In this document: positions 36,652-47,440 of the stretch, one piece after another | Layout: the number at the start of each line of letters is the position of its first letter | How positions within the stretch are numbered: the stretch's first letter is position 1 | NCBI GenBank assembly: GCA_027076905.1 | Contig: JALTGP010000208.1 | Coordinates: 1-63,345, forward strand | Origin: Campylobacteraceae bacterium | GTDB taxonomy: Bacteria; Campylobacterota; Campylobacteria; Campylobacterales; Sulfurovaceae | DNA length: 63,345 nt | Direction of reading: 5' to 3' | Notes under the pieces: model-generated | What the model was told of the DNA's origin: nothing | What the model saw: the letters and a program-made list of their open reading frames with translations, nothing else | The model's database searches: none | Made by a program: the position numbers and the translations under genes

Positions 36652-38718
36652 TTATACGGCTTGGACAAAAGAGCTAAGTATCTCTTTTTTGTTTCCACCA
36701 AAATTAATTTTTAGTTTGTATTGATGTCCTGATTTTGTAGAGCTTTGTACCCTGCCAATGCCAAACAGTTTATGTTTGATGAGGTCACCTTTTTTAAATG
36801 AAGAGCTTTTTGTTATCTTTAGGCTCTCCCCTTTTACAAGTCCTGCTTCGCTTAAAAATCGACTCTTTAGGATACGTTTTCTCTGACCTTTATAAAAACG
36901 GCTGTTTACATAACATAGCGTAAGATAGGTTTTGGCTCGGGTAATGGCAACATAGCCCAATCGTCTCTCCTCCTCCATGTTAGTTCCTTTGTTTAGCATT
37001 GGGAAGAATCCCTCTTCCATTCCTATAACATAAAGATGCTCAAACTCTAGCCCTTTTGAGGCATGTATACTCATGATCGTGATGGCATTCTCATCCACTT
37101 GGTCTTGTTCGCTCTGTAAAGAGATATTATTTAATAGGAGTTCAAGCGTTAGGTTCGGCTTTTTGCTGACGCTCTCTCTAAAGAATCCATAAAACTCATC
37201 AATATTAAGCATTCTATCCTCTCCATCTACCATATTACCATAATACTTTTTGAGTCGAATTGTCTCTTCGAATATATCAATAAAGTTGTGTAAGGAGTTT
37301 TGAGCCTCTCCTCTAAGTAGATTAATATCTTCTATAAACAGTTTGATAGAATTTGATGCTTTTTTGCTTATTATTGTGGCAATCTCTTCAACTGTTTTAC
37401 TGTTGATAAGTTCAAATATAGAGCTTTTGTTCTCAAACGCTGCTTTTTTGAGTTTATCTAAGGAGACTTTTCCAATACTTCGTTTTGGTTTGTTGATGAT
37501 ACGCTCTAAGGAGAAGTCATCATTTGGATTGGTGAAGATTCTAAGGTAGGAGATAATATCTTTTATCTCTGCTCGGTCATAAAAACGCATTCCTCCTAGC
37601 AATTTAAACCCCAATCCCTCTTTGGTGAACCCCTCTTCTATGGAACGGGAGAGTGCATTAATACGGTATAGTACGGCTATCTCATGTGAGGGAACTTTTT
37701 GGATAAGTAGCTCTTTTATATCTCTGGCGATACTTTTTGCCTCTAGTGACTCATCTAGTGCATGAAGCAGGTGTATTGATTGCCCCCTTCCACGAAAAGA
37801 GGTGAGCTTTTTTCCTATACGTTGGCTGTTGTGTTCTATCAGTTCATTGGCAGCTTCTAAAATAGGTGAAGTGGAGCGATAGTTTGTCTCTAATTTTACT
37901 ATTTTTGTATTTTTAAAATAGACTGAAAACTCTAAAATATTTCGGATATTTGCACCACGCCATCCATATATACTCTGGTCATCGTCTCCTACGACACAGA
38001 GATTATTATGCTCAGATGCCAATAACTCTAGTAGTTTAAACTGAAGCTCATTGGTATCTTGATACTCATCGACCATAATATATTGATATCGGTTACTTGT
38101 TTCTATTCGTAACTCATTATTTGACTCAAGTATCTGATATGTGAGCATTAGCAGGTCATCAAAGTCAACAAGATTATTTTCTGTAATCTCATTTTGATAA
38201 TCTCTATAGATGGTTGCAATCTTTTTATAGTCAGGTAGTTCTGCTTTTTCTAAAATTTCATCAGCAGTTAATAGTGTATTTTTATATTTTGATATTTCTG
38301 AAGAGATAAAAGCGATATTTAAATCTATGGCGTGTTTTTTTGCGATACGCTTTATAATGCGTTTTCTATCGTCAGAATCGATAATGACAAAGTTATTGGA
38401 ACGTCCAAGTTTTTCTATGTGAAATTTGAGAAAAAGAAGACCAAACTTGTGAAAAGTACATAGAAGAGGCATGGAGGTTGTGGGCTGTTTAATAAGCAAG
38501 TTTGCACGTTCTCTCATCTCTTTGGCTGCTTTGTTGGTAAAGGTTAAGGTAAGTGTATTTTGTGGGTCAATTCCTACTTCTCCTATAAGATAAGCTAATC
38601 TTGTTGTTAATGTTTTGGTCTTACCACTCCCTGCTCCTGCCAAGATAAGTAGTGGCCCATCAATGTGTTTAACTGCCTCTCGTTGTGCTGTATTTAGGTT
38701 ATTTATCGCGTTTTTCAT
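36652..38718 (-). CDS. uvrD: UvrD/Rep/PcrA ATP-dependent DNA helicase
   Basis: AGAGSGKT, TFTNKAA, VDEYQDTN, GDDDQSIY, HASKGLEF and YVAITRA motifs. Confidence 0.93.
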   Translation of the reverse strand: MKNAINNLNTAQREAVKHIDGPLLILAGAGSGKTKTLTTRLAYLIGEVGIDPQNTLTLTFTNKAAKEMRERANLLIKQPTTSMPLLCTFHKFGLLFLKFHIEKLGRSNNFVIIDSDDRKRIIKRIAKKHAIDLNIAFISSEISKYKNTLLTADEILEKAELPDYKKIATIYRDYQNEITENNLVDFDDLLMLTYQILESNNELRIETSNRYQYIMVDEYQDTNELQFKLLELLASEHNNLCVVGDDDQSIYGWRGANIRNILEFSVYFKNTKIVKLETNYRSTSPILEAANELIEHNSQRIGKKLTSFRGRGQSIHLLHALDESLEAKSIARDIKELLIQKVPSHEIAVLYRINALSRSIEEGFTKEGLGFKLLGGMRFYDRAEIKDIISYLRIFTNPNDDFSLERIINKPKRSIGKVSLDKLKKAAFENKSSIFELINSKTVEEIATIISKKASNSIKLFIEDINLLRGEAQNSLHNFIDIFEETIRLKKYYGNMVDGEDRMLNIDEFYGFFRESVSKKPNLTLELLLNNISLQSEQDQVDENAITIMSIHASKGLEFEHLYVIGMEEGFFPMLNKGTNMEEERRLGYVAITRAKTYLTLCYVNSRFYKGQRKRILKSRFLSEAGLVKGESLKITKSSSFKKGDLIKHKLFGIGRVQSSTKSGHQYKLKINFGGNKKEILSSFVQAV

Positions 38719-38879
38719 AAACTACTCTTGTTTCTTATTAATTTTCTTTATTATACCGATAAATGGATTAATTATCTATTTTATTAAAATATTTGATAAA
38801 CTTATAAAGTTTTTTAACTATAATCTGTTATAATGATTTAAATTCAAAAAGAATATAAGTATATTAATAAGGGTACATA

Positions 38880-39782
38880 ATGTTAAGAGATTTTGTAAAG
38901 ATGGAGACCTTCCTCACGGTTGCACGAGAGCGAAGCTTTTCAAAAGCATCTGCGAAACTGGGAATATCTCAACCCGCAGTAACGCAACAGATTAAGTTTA
39001 TAGAGAAGTATTTGGAAGCAAAGATTATCGACAGAAAAAAGAATGGAATACGATTAACAGCTGAAGGTGAAGAGTTATATTCAATTGTAACGCATTTGGA
39101 AAAGGCAATTGGAGTTCTTGAAAAAGATGTACTCAAAATTATTAATAAAAAAATGACATTTAGACTTTCAGCCTCTTTTACAATTGGTTCTTATGTTATT
39201 CCTGGTGAGTGTCTTAATACCATCTCTGAGACCATTGGAAATGATATTAATCTTAGTATTGATAACTCAGATAAAGTTATCGCTGCATTAAAAGATAAAA
39301 AGTGTGATGTGGGTCTTATTGAAGTACCTATCTTTGATGATAATTTGATTTATAGAGAGTGGTTTGATGATGAGCTTGTCATTGTCTCAAATTCACCTCT
39401 GCCAAAACTTCTTAGAACAGAAGAGTTATATGAGTTCAAATGGATCTGTCGTGAAGAGGGGTCTCATACGCGTAAACTTATAGGAGAAGTTTTTGAGGAG
39501 TTGGGTGTCTCTTGTAAGAGTTTTAATGTCCTCTCTGAGGTAAGCAACACCACCGCTGCGTTGCAGAGTGTAAAACGTGCTAAAAAAGAGGGTGAATCCC
39601 CAACAGTTACGGTTATCTCCAAACACGCTGTAGCTGAAGAGGTGCATAGAGGGGAGCTGTATGAGTCTCGAATGCATGGGTATACTATGACTCGAAAGTT
39701 CTATATTGTTTACACCAAAGAGAATAAAAATAATGCATTTGTAGATAATGTGGTTAATTATATTCTCTCTGGAAATTGTTAA
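38880..39782 (+). CDS. LysR-family transcriptional regulator (CysL-like)
   Basis: SFSKAS.KLGISQPAVTQQIK helix-turn-helix; REEGSHTR motif. Confidence 0.92.
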   Translation: MLRDFVKMETFLTVARERSFSKASAKLGISQPAVTQQIKFIEKYLEAKIIDRKKNGIRLTAEGEELYSIVTHLEKAIGVLEKDVLKIINKKMTFRLSASFTIGSYVIPGECLNTISETIGNDINLSIDNSDKVIAALKDKKCDVGLIEVPIFDDNLIYREWFDDELVIVSNSPLPKLLRTEELYEFKWICREEGSHTRKLIGEVFEELGVSCKSFNVLSEVSNTTAALQSVKRAKKEGESPTVTVISKHAVAEEVHRGELYESRMHGYTMTRKFYIVYTKENKNNAFVDNVVNYILSGNC

Positions 39783-39792
39783 TTAAATTTTT

Positions 39793-40233
39793 CTAAGATT
39801 TCTTTCGTTGTAGAAGTCTTGCATTTTTGGGATTATTAAGCAGTGCTGACATGGAGTCTAACTCTTGAATCGTCTCTTTTGGAGAGGTGATGTTGATAAG
39901 AATGGGATACTCTCCTACAAATATCTGCTTGATTGCCAAGATAGGTATCTGTACCAAAGCACCAAAATTTTCTGAGCCAAAACCTGCTTCAAATTGCAGT
40001 TTATCAACCTCTAGATTAGCACTCTCAAATGAGTAGTTTGCTAACATGAAGAGGGTAACTTCAGGAAGTGATTTAAGTATTTCTATAGGAAGTGTGGGTT
40101 CAAATTCCACATGGGCTACTTCACACGCCACACCAAACTCTTGGTTTGATTCAAATAAAAATTCAATGGTTCGAAATATATGCTCTTCCATAATATCTTG
40201 AAAAGGGGCTTGTCGTAAGTTGTCTAAAGGCAT
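39793..40233 (-). CDS. Hypothetical protein, possibly SspB-like fold
   Basis: FEAGFG......VQIP..AI.QI resembles the SspB core; inferred by eye. Confidence 0.6.
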   Translation of the reverse strand: MPLDNLRQAPFQDIMEEHIFRTIEFLFESNQEFGVACEVAHVEFEPTLPIEILKSLPEVTLFMLANYSFESANLEVDKLQFEAGFGSENFGALVQIPILAIKQIFVGEYPILINITSPKETIQELDSMSALLNNPKNARLLQRKKS

Positions 40234-40847
40234 TGGCTCTCTTTTGTAATTATCTTGGTTATACTCTTCTGAATCTGAAATCCTATCATAGCATTCATTA
40301 GAGCAAAGTTTAAAAAGTGTTTTATATCTTCACTTTTTATATTTTTCTGCTTTAAAAAGCCACTGTTTAAAAGTTTCATTCTCATTGTTCCTTCCAAAAG
40401 AGGAGTTGTTGGAGTAATCCACCCTCTCCCATCATAAAAGGCAATATTTGCAATAGTAGTATCGGTGAGAAGTCCATTTTTTTCGATGATTATCTCTTTA
40501 GATGGACAACATCCCTCTTTTAGGCTTTCAAGTGCCTCTCTATTTGCATATTTATAATTATATTCTATGTTGCTTTGGACTATGTTAAAACTTCTAAATT
40601 TTTTGGCTTGATAGGGAATATATTCAATAGATAGTATCTCTTTGGCATAAATAACCCTACAACGGAAGAGACCTTTTGGTGGAGCTTCTATCTCTTGTTG
40701 AAGTTGTATGGGTGTGATATTTTTAAAAAAAGCTCGACGAGTATGGTTACATCTTCTATTATGCCACTCGATATTATAAATTTTTCCATTATATATCTTT
40801 ACTGTTTCTATAAATACAGTTTTTTTAAAGATAGCCTTTTTAAACAT
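40224..40847 (-). CDS. Class IV aminotransferase / aminodeoxychorismate lyase (PabC-like)
   Basis: FIETVK, H..R, DTTIANIAF and PLLEGTMR motifs. Confidence 0.85.
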   Translation of the reverse strand: MFKKAIFKKTVFIETVKIYNGKIYNIEWHNRRCNHTRRAFFKNITPIQLQQEIEAPPKGLFRCRVIYAKEILSIEYIPYQAKKFRSFNIVQSNIEYNYKYANREALESLKEGCCPSKEIIIEKNGLLTDTTIANIAFYDGRGWITPTTPLLEGTMRMKLLNSGFLKQKNIKSEDIKHFLNFALMNAMIGFQIQKSITKIITKESQCL

Positions 40848-41761
40848 TATTCAAAGAGTTCAGTAGACATATATCTCTCTGCTGTATCACACAGAACAGT
40901 AACAATTACTTTTCCTTGATTCTCTTTTTTTGAGGCAATTTTAAACGCAGCAGTGAGATTTGCCCCTGAAGAGATACCTACGAGTAGACCCTCCTCTTTG
41001 GCAACTCGTCTTGCCATCTCAAAAGCACTCTCATCATCTACCTTAATAATCTCATCAATAATATTGGTATCTAAAATTTCAGGAATAAATCCCGCACCAA
41101 TCCCTTGAATTTTATGAGAACCCATCTCTTCACCATGTAGAACGGCTGAGTTACTTGGTTCTACAGCGACTGATTGAAGATGAGGGACATGCTCTTTTAG
41201 TACCTCAGATGTTCCCATAAGTGTTCCTCCTGTACCAACAGCAGAGACAAAAAAGTCGATATTTTTATTGGTATCTTTTAAAATCTCCAAGGCAGTGGTT
41301 CTTCTATGAATAGTAGGGTTATCAGGATTTTGAAACTGTTGAAGCACAAATCCATTTAGCTCTTTTGCCAAATCTTCTGCTTTGGAGATAGCACCACCCA
41401 TTCCAAATGAGGCAGGGGTCAAGACAATTTTTGCACCCAGATGTGTGAGTAGTTTTCGTCTCTCAATACTCATAGACTCAGGCATAGTCAAGATAAGTTT
41501 TATCCCCTTTGATGCACATATGGCGGCTAACCCAACACCTGTATTACCCGAAGTTGGTTCGATAATAGTGGAGTCGAGTTGAATCCGTTCTGATGCCAAT
41601 GCTGTATTTACCATATTTAGGGCAATTCTATCTTTAACCGAGGAGGTAGGGTTCATAAACTCACACTTAGCAAGAATGGTGGCTCCTGCTAACTCTGAGA
41701 GTTTGTTAAGTTTTACTAAAGGGGTATTGCCTATAAGCTCTTCTATACTATTTGCTATCAT
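40847..41761 (-). CDS. cysK: Cysteine synthase A
   Basis: IGNTPLV, NPTSSVKDR, EPTSGNTG and HKIQGIG motifs. Confidence 0.96.
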   Translation of the reverse strand: MIANSIEELIGNTPLVKLNKLSELAGATILAKCEFMNPTSSVKDRIALNMVNTALASERIQLDSTIIEPTSGNTGVGLAAICASKGIKLILTMPESMSIERRKLLTHLGAKIVLTPASFGMGGAISKAEDLAKELNGFVLQQFQNPDNPTIHRRTTALEILKDTNKNIDFFVSAVGTGGTLMGTSEVLKEHVPHLQSVAVEPSNSAVLHGEEMGSHKIQGIGAGFIPEILDTNIIDEIIKVDDESAFEMARRVAKEEGLLVGISSGANLTAAFKIASKKENQGKVIVTVLCDTAERYMSTELFE

Positions 41762-41786
41762 GATTTTTCTCCATAATGTATAATTT

Positions 41787-42788
41787 TTAAATGATGCTAT
41801 AGGCTAATTCTTCCCCTGCATACATGGGTACAACTGTACCATATTTTTGTGGAACAATAAAGGGTTTTTTCTCCAATATGATTGTTTTTTTAGGAACTTT
41901 TATATTTTTATAAATTCGTTTAGCATTATCTGAGACAAATGCTTGTAGTTTTTGAAGATTCGAGTGTTTCATGAATAGCTCTGTTAATACCTGAATTGCA
42001 ATGGGAGAGGTAAAAACTCCCGCAGCACATCCACATGACTCTTTGGCGTGTTGAGGGTGTGGTGCAGAGTCAGAACCAAACATCACTTTTGGGTGTCCCT
42101 CCAAGGCTATTTTTCGTAAAGCCTCTCTATCTTCTGGTCGCTTGGCGATGGGTTTACAAAAGAGATGAGGTTGAAGCATCCCCCCTGCTACATCATCAAG
42201 GGTAATCAGAAGATGGTGTAGCGTAATGGTTGCATATAGATTAGGAAATCTATCAAGAGCTTCTACACTCTCTTTTGTAGTAATATGCTCCATAATAATT
42301 TTAAGTTTTGGAAAATTAGTTGCTAACATCTCATAGATAGAGACAAATTCAGCCTCTCTGTCCATGACAAATCCGTTAGTCTCTCCATGAATACAAAGAG
42401 GAATACCAAGCTCACTCATCGCAGTAAGGGTAGGGCGTAACTCCTCTACCTCAAATCCGTTCACTCCCCCCTCTGAGTTGGTGGTAATCCCTGCAGGATA
42501 GAGTTTAATGGCTATAAGTTCATCCCCCATAGACTCCAAAAACTCTTTGGTATATGTAGGCTTAAAAAATAGGGTCATGTAGGGGGTAAAAGTATCTTCT
42601 CCTATTGCCATTTTGATACGATTTTTGTATTCATCCAACGCCTCTTTTGTTGAGATAGGAGGTACAAGATTTGGCATAATTATCGCTCCTGAAAAAGTAG
42701 ATGAACTAAGTGGTGCAACGGTTTGAAGCATCTCTTCATCTCTTAGGTGTAGGTGCATATCAAGTGGAGAGTTAAGAGTTATTGACAT
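41787..42788 (-). CDS. pyrC: Dihydroorotase
   Basis: DMHLHLR, MPNL, KLYPAGITTNS and GSDSAPH motifs. Confidence 0.96.
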   Translation of the reverse strand: MSITLNSPLDMHLHLRDEEMLQTVAPLSSSTFSGAIIMPNLVPPISTKEALDEYKNRIKMAIGEDTFTPYMTLFFKPTYTKEFLESMGDELIAIKLYPAGITTNSEGGVNGFEVEELRPTLTAMSELGIPLCIHGETNGFVMDREAEFVSIYEMLATNFPKLKIIMEHITTKESVEALDRFPNLYATITLHHLLITLDDVAGGMLQPHLFCKPIAKRPEDREALRKIALEGHPKVMFGSDSAPHPQHAKESCGCAAGVFTSPIAIQVLTELFMKHSNLQKLQAFVSDNAKRIYKNIKVPKKTIILEKKPFIVPQKYGTVVPMYAGEELAYSII

Positions 42789-42877
42789 AGGTGTTATCCT
42801 TTGGGAAAAATTTGTTGGTATTTTATCTTTTGTATGCTTAGTTTCTGACGGAAATAAGAAATGATAATCAAGATATT

Positions 42878-43204
42878 TTAATATGCCCCATAATCTTTAA
42901 TCACATAAAATAGCCCTTTACCTTTAGGTACAAACCAATATTTCATCTTTTTAATATTGGTGGTAGTCAAGCAGAGTAAATGAGGTGTTTTGTAGGCAAT
43001 AATAGGGTAGTCTATCCCCCCATCAAAGAGCTGATTACAGCGTAAAATTCTTAGAGTAGTCTGGGCAAATGCTTTATCCACTCGGTTGAGTTCAAATTGC
43101 CATTTGGCATACTCTGAACAGCTTGGGTGGTAGCGACAGGAGGCGGGGAGCAGTCGTGAGATGGATTGGTAGGCATTGAGTGGTATCTGATAGAATCTTT
43201 TCAC
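42878..43204 (-). CDS. yidD: Membrane protein insertion efficiency factor
   Basis: YQ..S, CRYHPSCSEY, RILRCN and GGIDYP motifs. Confidence 0.88.
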   Translation of the reverse strand: MKRFYQIPLNAYQSISRLLPASCRYHPSCSEYAKWQFELNRVDKAFAQTTLRILRCNQLFDGGIDYPIIAYKTPHLLCLTTTNIKKMKYWFVPKGKGLFYVIKDYGAY

Positions 43205-44517
43205 TTGATTATCTCTCCATTATGTACGATATAGGAGGGGGACATATTTACGGAGTGGTAGATGGTTGTTCCATATTTTTTATTATAGTATTGGAGTAGT
43301 ATCTTTTGTTCGGTAGGCTCAATAGAGGGGGTGACCCATCCGTTGTTTGAGATAACTATCATCTGTTTTGGATTTCGGACATATAGCTCTTCGGATGTTC
43401 CCTCAAAACAGATGGCATTTCTAAAGGTGAGACCGTTTACCTCATAATCTGTAACTTCTGCTGATGCCACATAGTCGGGAGCTCCATCAAAAAATAGGTC
43501 ATTAACGATTTTTCCCATCCATTTCGGAAGTGGGTTACTCTCTCCAAAAGGGACTAATACAACTTTATTCGCGATAGAAAATCTACCCTCTTTAAAAATA
43601 TAGGTAGAGTTTCTAGGGATGCCATTATCCCAATATAGCCCACCTATGATGATAGAGATATTATTAGAAGCTCCCTGAAGTGCAGTCATGAGTTTGGGTC
43701 GTGTGTTGAGAAAAACAGGTAAAACAGACTCAGGAAAGACAATGATGGATTTTTTTTGAGCAACTGCTTTATCTATTTTTTTAAAGACCATATCTATATG
43801 AGAATTTTCTAGTTTAGGATTCCATTTATCTGTGACAGTTACCATTGTATTTGTGATACTAATATTGTATTGTGGTAGCTCTATTTTATTAAAATGAGAT
43901 GAGAATGGATAGGTTAAGATAATCAATAGTAAAAATCTTAAATCTTTTTTTTGTAGTGAGAGGAAGACAGAGATAAGTACAAGAGCAAATTGCCACTTCT
44001 GAATCCCTATATAACTGTTGGTAAAGATAATCTCCATCTTGAACCAATCAAAACTAAAAGGGTGAAGATAAGAGAGAGTAAGTAGTGCTAAAGCTTTTAA
44101 TCCCAAAGTATAGATATTTACATTTTTGGAATCGGAGCGTTTACGCCCAAATATAGCGAGGCTAAAGCCATTGTCTCCTAGTTTCTCAGCAAAAAAAGCC
44201 AAAAACCAAAAAATAGATCCATAAACAACAGCAGGAAAGAGAATTCCAATGGGAATTGCCCATGCAAAACCGTAGTTGAAGAAGCTCATTGACATCCACC
44301 AAAACCACAATATTCCAATAAAAAAACCACTCCAAAACCATACTTTTTTATCACTTTCTAGGAGGAGGTATAGAGTGAGGAGTCCTAAAATTGTATTGAT
44401 GGTATAGTTTACCATACCGAGCCAATCGAGGTAGATAGCCCCAGCACTTAATAAGGCGATAAAAAAGCCTCGTGTTATCTTGTTAATGGTAAAATGTTCG
44501 CTAATTTTTAAACTCAA
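43201..44517 (-). CDS. lnt: Apolipoprotein N-acyltransferase
   Basis: Multiple TM helices, FPES, K.VLVPFGE, AICFE and ISNNGW motifs; start uncertain. Confidence 0.92.
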   Translation of the reverse strand: MSLKISEHFTINKITRGFFIALLSAGAIYLDWLGMVNYTINTILGLLTLYLLLESDKKVWFWSGFFIGILWFWWMSMSFFNYGFAWAIPIGILFPAVVYGSIFWFLAFFAEKLGDNGFSLAIFGRKRSDSKNVNIYTLGLKALALLTLSYLHPFSFDWFKMEIIFTNSYIGIQKWQFALVLISVFLSLQKKDLRFLLLIILTYPFSSHFNKIELPQYNISITNTMVTVTDKWNPKLENSHIDMVFKKIDKAVAQKKSIIVFPESVLPVFLNTRPKLMTALQGASNNISIIIGGLYWDNGIPRNSTYIFKEGRFSIANKVVLVPFGESNPLPKWMGKIVNDLFFDGAPDYVASAEVTDYEVNGLTFRNAICFEGTSEELYVRNPKQMIVISNNGWVTPSIEPTEQKILLQYYNKKYGTTIYHSVNMSPSYIVHNGEIIK

Positions 44518-44528
44518 AGGATTCCCTT

Positions 44529-44789
44529 ATGGAAGCAGTAGGACAATTTCTACCACTTATAATGTTATTTGGTATTTTTTACTTTTTAATTATCAGACCA
44601 CAACAAAAACAGCAAAAAGAACACGCAGAGATGTTAGAAGCCCTTAGCAAAGGTGATAAAATAGTAACATCAGGTGGTCTCCATGTTGAAATTGTCAAAG
44701 TTGAAGAGGATTTTATCAAAATAAAACTGAACGACACGAGCATTGTTAAATTGGATAAGGCGTATGTCGCTAAAAAGTTAGAAGCGTAG
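44529..44789 (+). CDS. yajC: Preprotein translocase subunit YajC
   Basis: FYFLIIRPQQK and KGDKIVTSGG motifs. Confidence 0.95.
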   Translation: MEAVGQFLPLIMLFGIFYFLIIRPQQKQQKEHAEMLEALSKGDKIVTSGGLHVEIVKVEEDFIKIKLNDTSIVKLDKAYVAKKLEA

Positions 44790-44792
44790 CGT

Positions 44793-46409
44793 ATGAATGC
44801 ATTAAATTATAGAGTTGTTATCTTTGCATTTGCATTTCTATTTGGGATTGTCTTTTCTGTCCCTTCATTAACACAGTGCGATGAAAATACAACAAAAGGG
44901 GAGGCGAGTTCGTGTGGTAAAAAAATTACCCTTGGACTTGACCTTCAAGGGGGATTGCATATGCTTCTCTCGGTTAAGAGTGAAGTTGCCGTTGAATCAA
45001 AAGTAAAATCTATGGGAACAAGTATTAAATACAACCTCGAAAAAGAGGAGATTATTTTTGATGACTTGAAAATAGATAATAATATTATTACTTTTGAAGT
45101 ACTTGATAAAGATGATTTACCAAAGGTAGTTAAGATTTTAGCCGAGGAGTTCAAAGAGGTTGCCGTTAGTCAAAATGGTGCTATATTCTCTTTGGAACTG
45201 ACCGATGATTTGATTGCGTTGACCAAGCAAAATGCCATTGACCAAGCAGTGGATACTATTAGAAATCGTCTAAATATGTTTGGATTAGCCGAACCAACGG
45301 TTGCCAAGCAGGGTAAAGATAAAATTTTGGTTGAAGTTCCTGGAATTAAAACAGAAGAGGATGAGAATCGTATTCGTAAGCTTATTGCAAAATCTGCACA
45401 CTTACAGATGATGGCAGTGGATGAAGCACGGGCTGCACGTGTAGATATGATGAGTGATGGTGAGGCTAAACAGTATGGAGATGTAATTTTACAAGATGTG
45501 GAGGATAACAGAACCAAATATCTTCTTTACTCTATCCCTATCTTAGATGGCTCTATGCTTGTTGATGCCAAAGTTGGATATGGAAAAGATAACAATCAGC
45601 CACAGATTAACTTTAAACTTAATGGACAAGGGGCTAAAATTTTTGGTGATTTTACAGGAAAATCTGTAGGAAAACGTATGGCGGTTGTTTTGGATAATCA
45701 AGTTTATACGGCTCCCAATATTGTGCAACGAATTGGTGGAGGACAGGTACAGATTACAGGTGCTTTTACCCCACAAGAGGCACACGATGTAGCCATTGCG
45801 TTGCGTTCAGGTGCATTACTTGCTCCCGTACAGGTAGAGAGTCAACGAAGTATTGGTCCTAGTTTGGGTGAGGACAATATAAATGCAAGTATTTTGGCAC
45901 TTATTGTTGGGTTTTTATCGGTGGTTGTCTTTATGGTATTATATTATGGAATGGCAGGAGTTATCTCCAACTTTGCGTTAGTGGCAAACTTGTTCCTTAT
46001 CCTAGCCGTGATGTCTCTTTTTGAGGCTACTTTGACGTTGCCAGGTATGGCAGGTATTGTACTTACCGTGGGTATGGCAGTTGATGCCAACGTTATTATC
46101 AATGAGCGTATTCGTGAACTCCTTCACGAAGGAAACTCCCTTACCAAGTCGATAGAGCAGGGGTACAACAATGCCTTTACTGCGATTTGGGATGCGAATA
46201 TCACTACACTTATTGCGGCTGTGGTACTATTTGCTTATGGTACGGGACCAATTAAAGGGTTCTCTTTGACCATTAGTATTGGTATTTTAGCATCTATGGT
46301 TACAGCTATTTTGGGAACACATGGTATCTATCAGTGGTTATTGCCAAAAATAGACAAGAAAAAACTTGGCTTTTGGTTTGGAATCAAGACCGATAAGGAG
46401 ATAAAATAA
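44793..46409 (+). CDS. secD: Protein translocase subunit SecD
   Basis: LGLDLQGG, GPSLG and GMAVDANVIINERIRE motifs. Confidence 0.97.
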   Translation: MNALNYRVVIFAFAFLFGIVFSVPSLTQCDENTTKGEASSCGKKITLGLDLQGGLHMLLSVKSEVAVESKVKSMGTSIKYNLEKEEIIFDDLKIDNNIITFEVLDKDDLPKVVKILAEEFKEVAVSQNGAIFSLELTDDLIALTKQNAIDQAVDTIRNRLNMFGLAEPTVAKQGKDKILVEVPGIKTEEDENRIRKLIAKSAHLQMMAVDEARAARVDMMSDGEAKQYGDVILQDVEDNRTKYLLYSIPILDGSMLVDAKVGYGKDNNQPQINFKLNGQGAKIFGDFTGKSVGKRMAVVLDNQVYTAPNIVQRIGGGQVQITGAFTPQEAHDVAIALRSGALLAPVQVESQRSIGPSLGEDNINASILALIVGFLSVVVFMVLYYGMAGVISNFALVANLFLILAVMSLFEATLTLPGMAGIVLTVGMAVDANVIINERIRELLHEGNSLTKSIEQGYNNAFTAIWDANITTLIAAVVLFAYGTGPIKGFSLTISIGILASMVTAILGTHGIYQWLLPKIDKKKLGFWFGIKTDKEIK

Positions 46410-47380
46410 TGGAAGTTTTTAAACAACAAAAGATTATAAACTTTATGGAGAATGCCAAAAAAGTTGGTTTTTTATCTATTACGTTGGTGGTTATCTCTTT
46501 GGTACTGCTCTTTACCAAAGGTTTAAACTATGGTATTGATTTTGCAGGTGGTACAATTGTTCAGGTTCAATATGAGGGCAAAGCCCCCATTGAAAAAGTG
46601 AGAGAGATTGTTGCACAAAACCCAAAATATCAGGGGGCTACGGTCACTTCATTTGGTTCTGAATCTGAGCTTGTTATTCGAAGCAAACAGGCTTCAAAAT
46701 CTGTAAAGGGTGGAGCAAAGGTAGAAGTTCGTAAGATGCTTAAAGATACAGGAAAATTTGAGATACGACGTGTTGATATGGTAGGTCCTGCGGTGGGTGA
46801 TGAGCTAAGAGAGAAAGGTCTCATGGCGATGCTTCTCTCTATTATCGGTATTATTGCCTATCTCTCATTTAGATTTGAGTGGCGTTTTGCTATCGCTTCT
46901 GTGGTAGCACTAATTCACGATATTACGATTGCTATGGGTGCATTAGCACTGTTTCAAATAGATGTAAATTTACCTATTTTAGCAGCAGTACTCACGATAT
47001 TGGGATATTCTCTAAACGATACGGTTATTGTCTTTGATAGAATTAGAGAGGGAATTAGAACGATTAAGTCTCCTAATATGGCAGACGTTATTAATGAGTC
47101 CGTTACTAAAACACTCTCTCGTACTACGTTAACCTCTCTTACGACATTTTTTGTGGTCTTGACACTTTATCTATTTGGTGGAGAGATTATTAATGGGTTC
47201 TCATTTACACTTCTTGTGGGTGTTGTTGTGGGTACTTACTCCTCTATCTTTGTAGCATCTCCTGTACTTATGTGGTTGAAATTTTCAGTTGCTGAGTTTA
47301 GGGAAAAAGAGGCTGCATCCCTCAAGCGAGAAAAAGAGAAAGAGAAGATGCGTGCAATGTATGAACAAGGTACAATGTAA
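46409..47380 (+). CDS. secF: Protein translocase subunit SecF
   Basis: GIDFAGG, VGPAVG and GYSLNDTVIVFDRIRE motifs. Confidence 0.97.
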   Translation: MEVFKQQKIINFMENAKKVGFLSITLVVISLVLLFTKGLNYGIDFAGGTIVQVQYEGKAPIEKVREIVAQNPKYQGATVTSFGSESELVIRSKQASKSVKGGAKVEVRKMLKDTGKFEIRRVDMVGPAVGDELREKGLMAMLLSIIGIIAYLSFRFEWRFAIASVVALIHDITIAMGALALFQIDVNLPILAAVLTILGYSLNDTVIVFDRIREGIRTIKSPNMADVINESVTKTLSRTTLTSLTTFFVVLTLYLFGGEIINGFSFTLLVGVVVGTYSSIFVASPVLMWLKFSVAEFREKEAASLKREKEKEKMRAMYEQGTM

Positions 47381-47391
47381 ACAACTCTCTC

Positions 47392-47418
47392 TTATCCTCA
47401 CCTTTAGCGTGGGGATAA
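47392..47418 (+). repeat. CTTTAG-loop hairpin after secF (terminator-like or IS605-end-like)
   Basis: ttatcctcac-ctttagc-gtggggataa. Confidence 0.45.
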
Positions 47419-47440
47419 AATAAAAAAATTAAGGAGGTTT

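Noticed and set aside
44517-44529. Head-to-head lnt and yajC only 11 bp apart
   Set aside because: This divergent arrangement also occurs in other Campylobacterota and the lnt start is uncertain; not novel.
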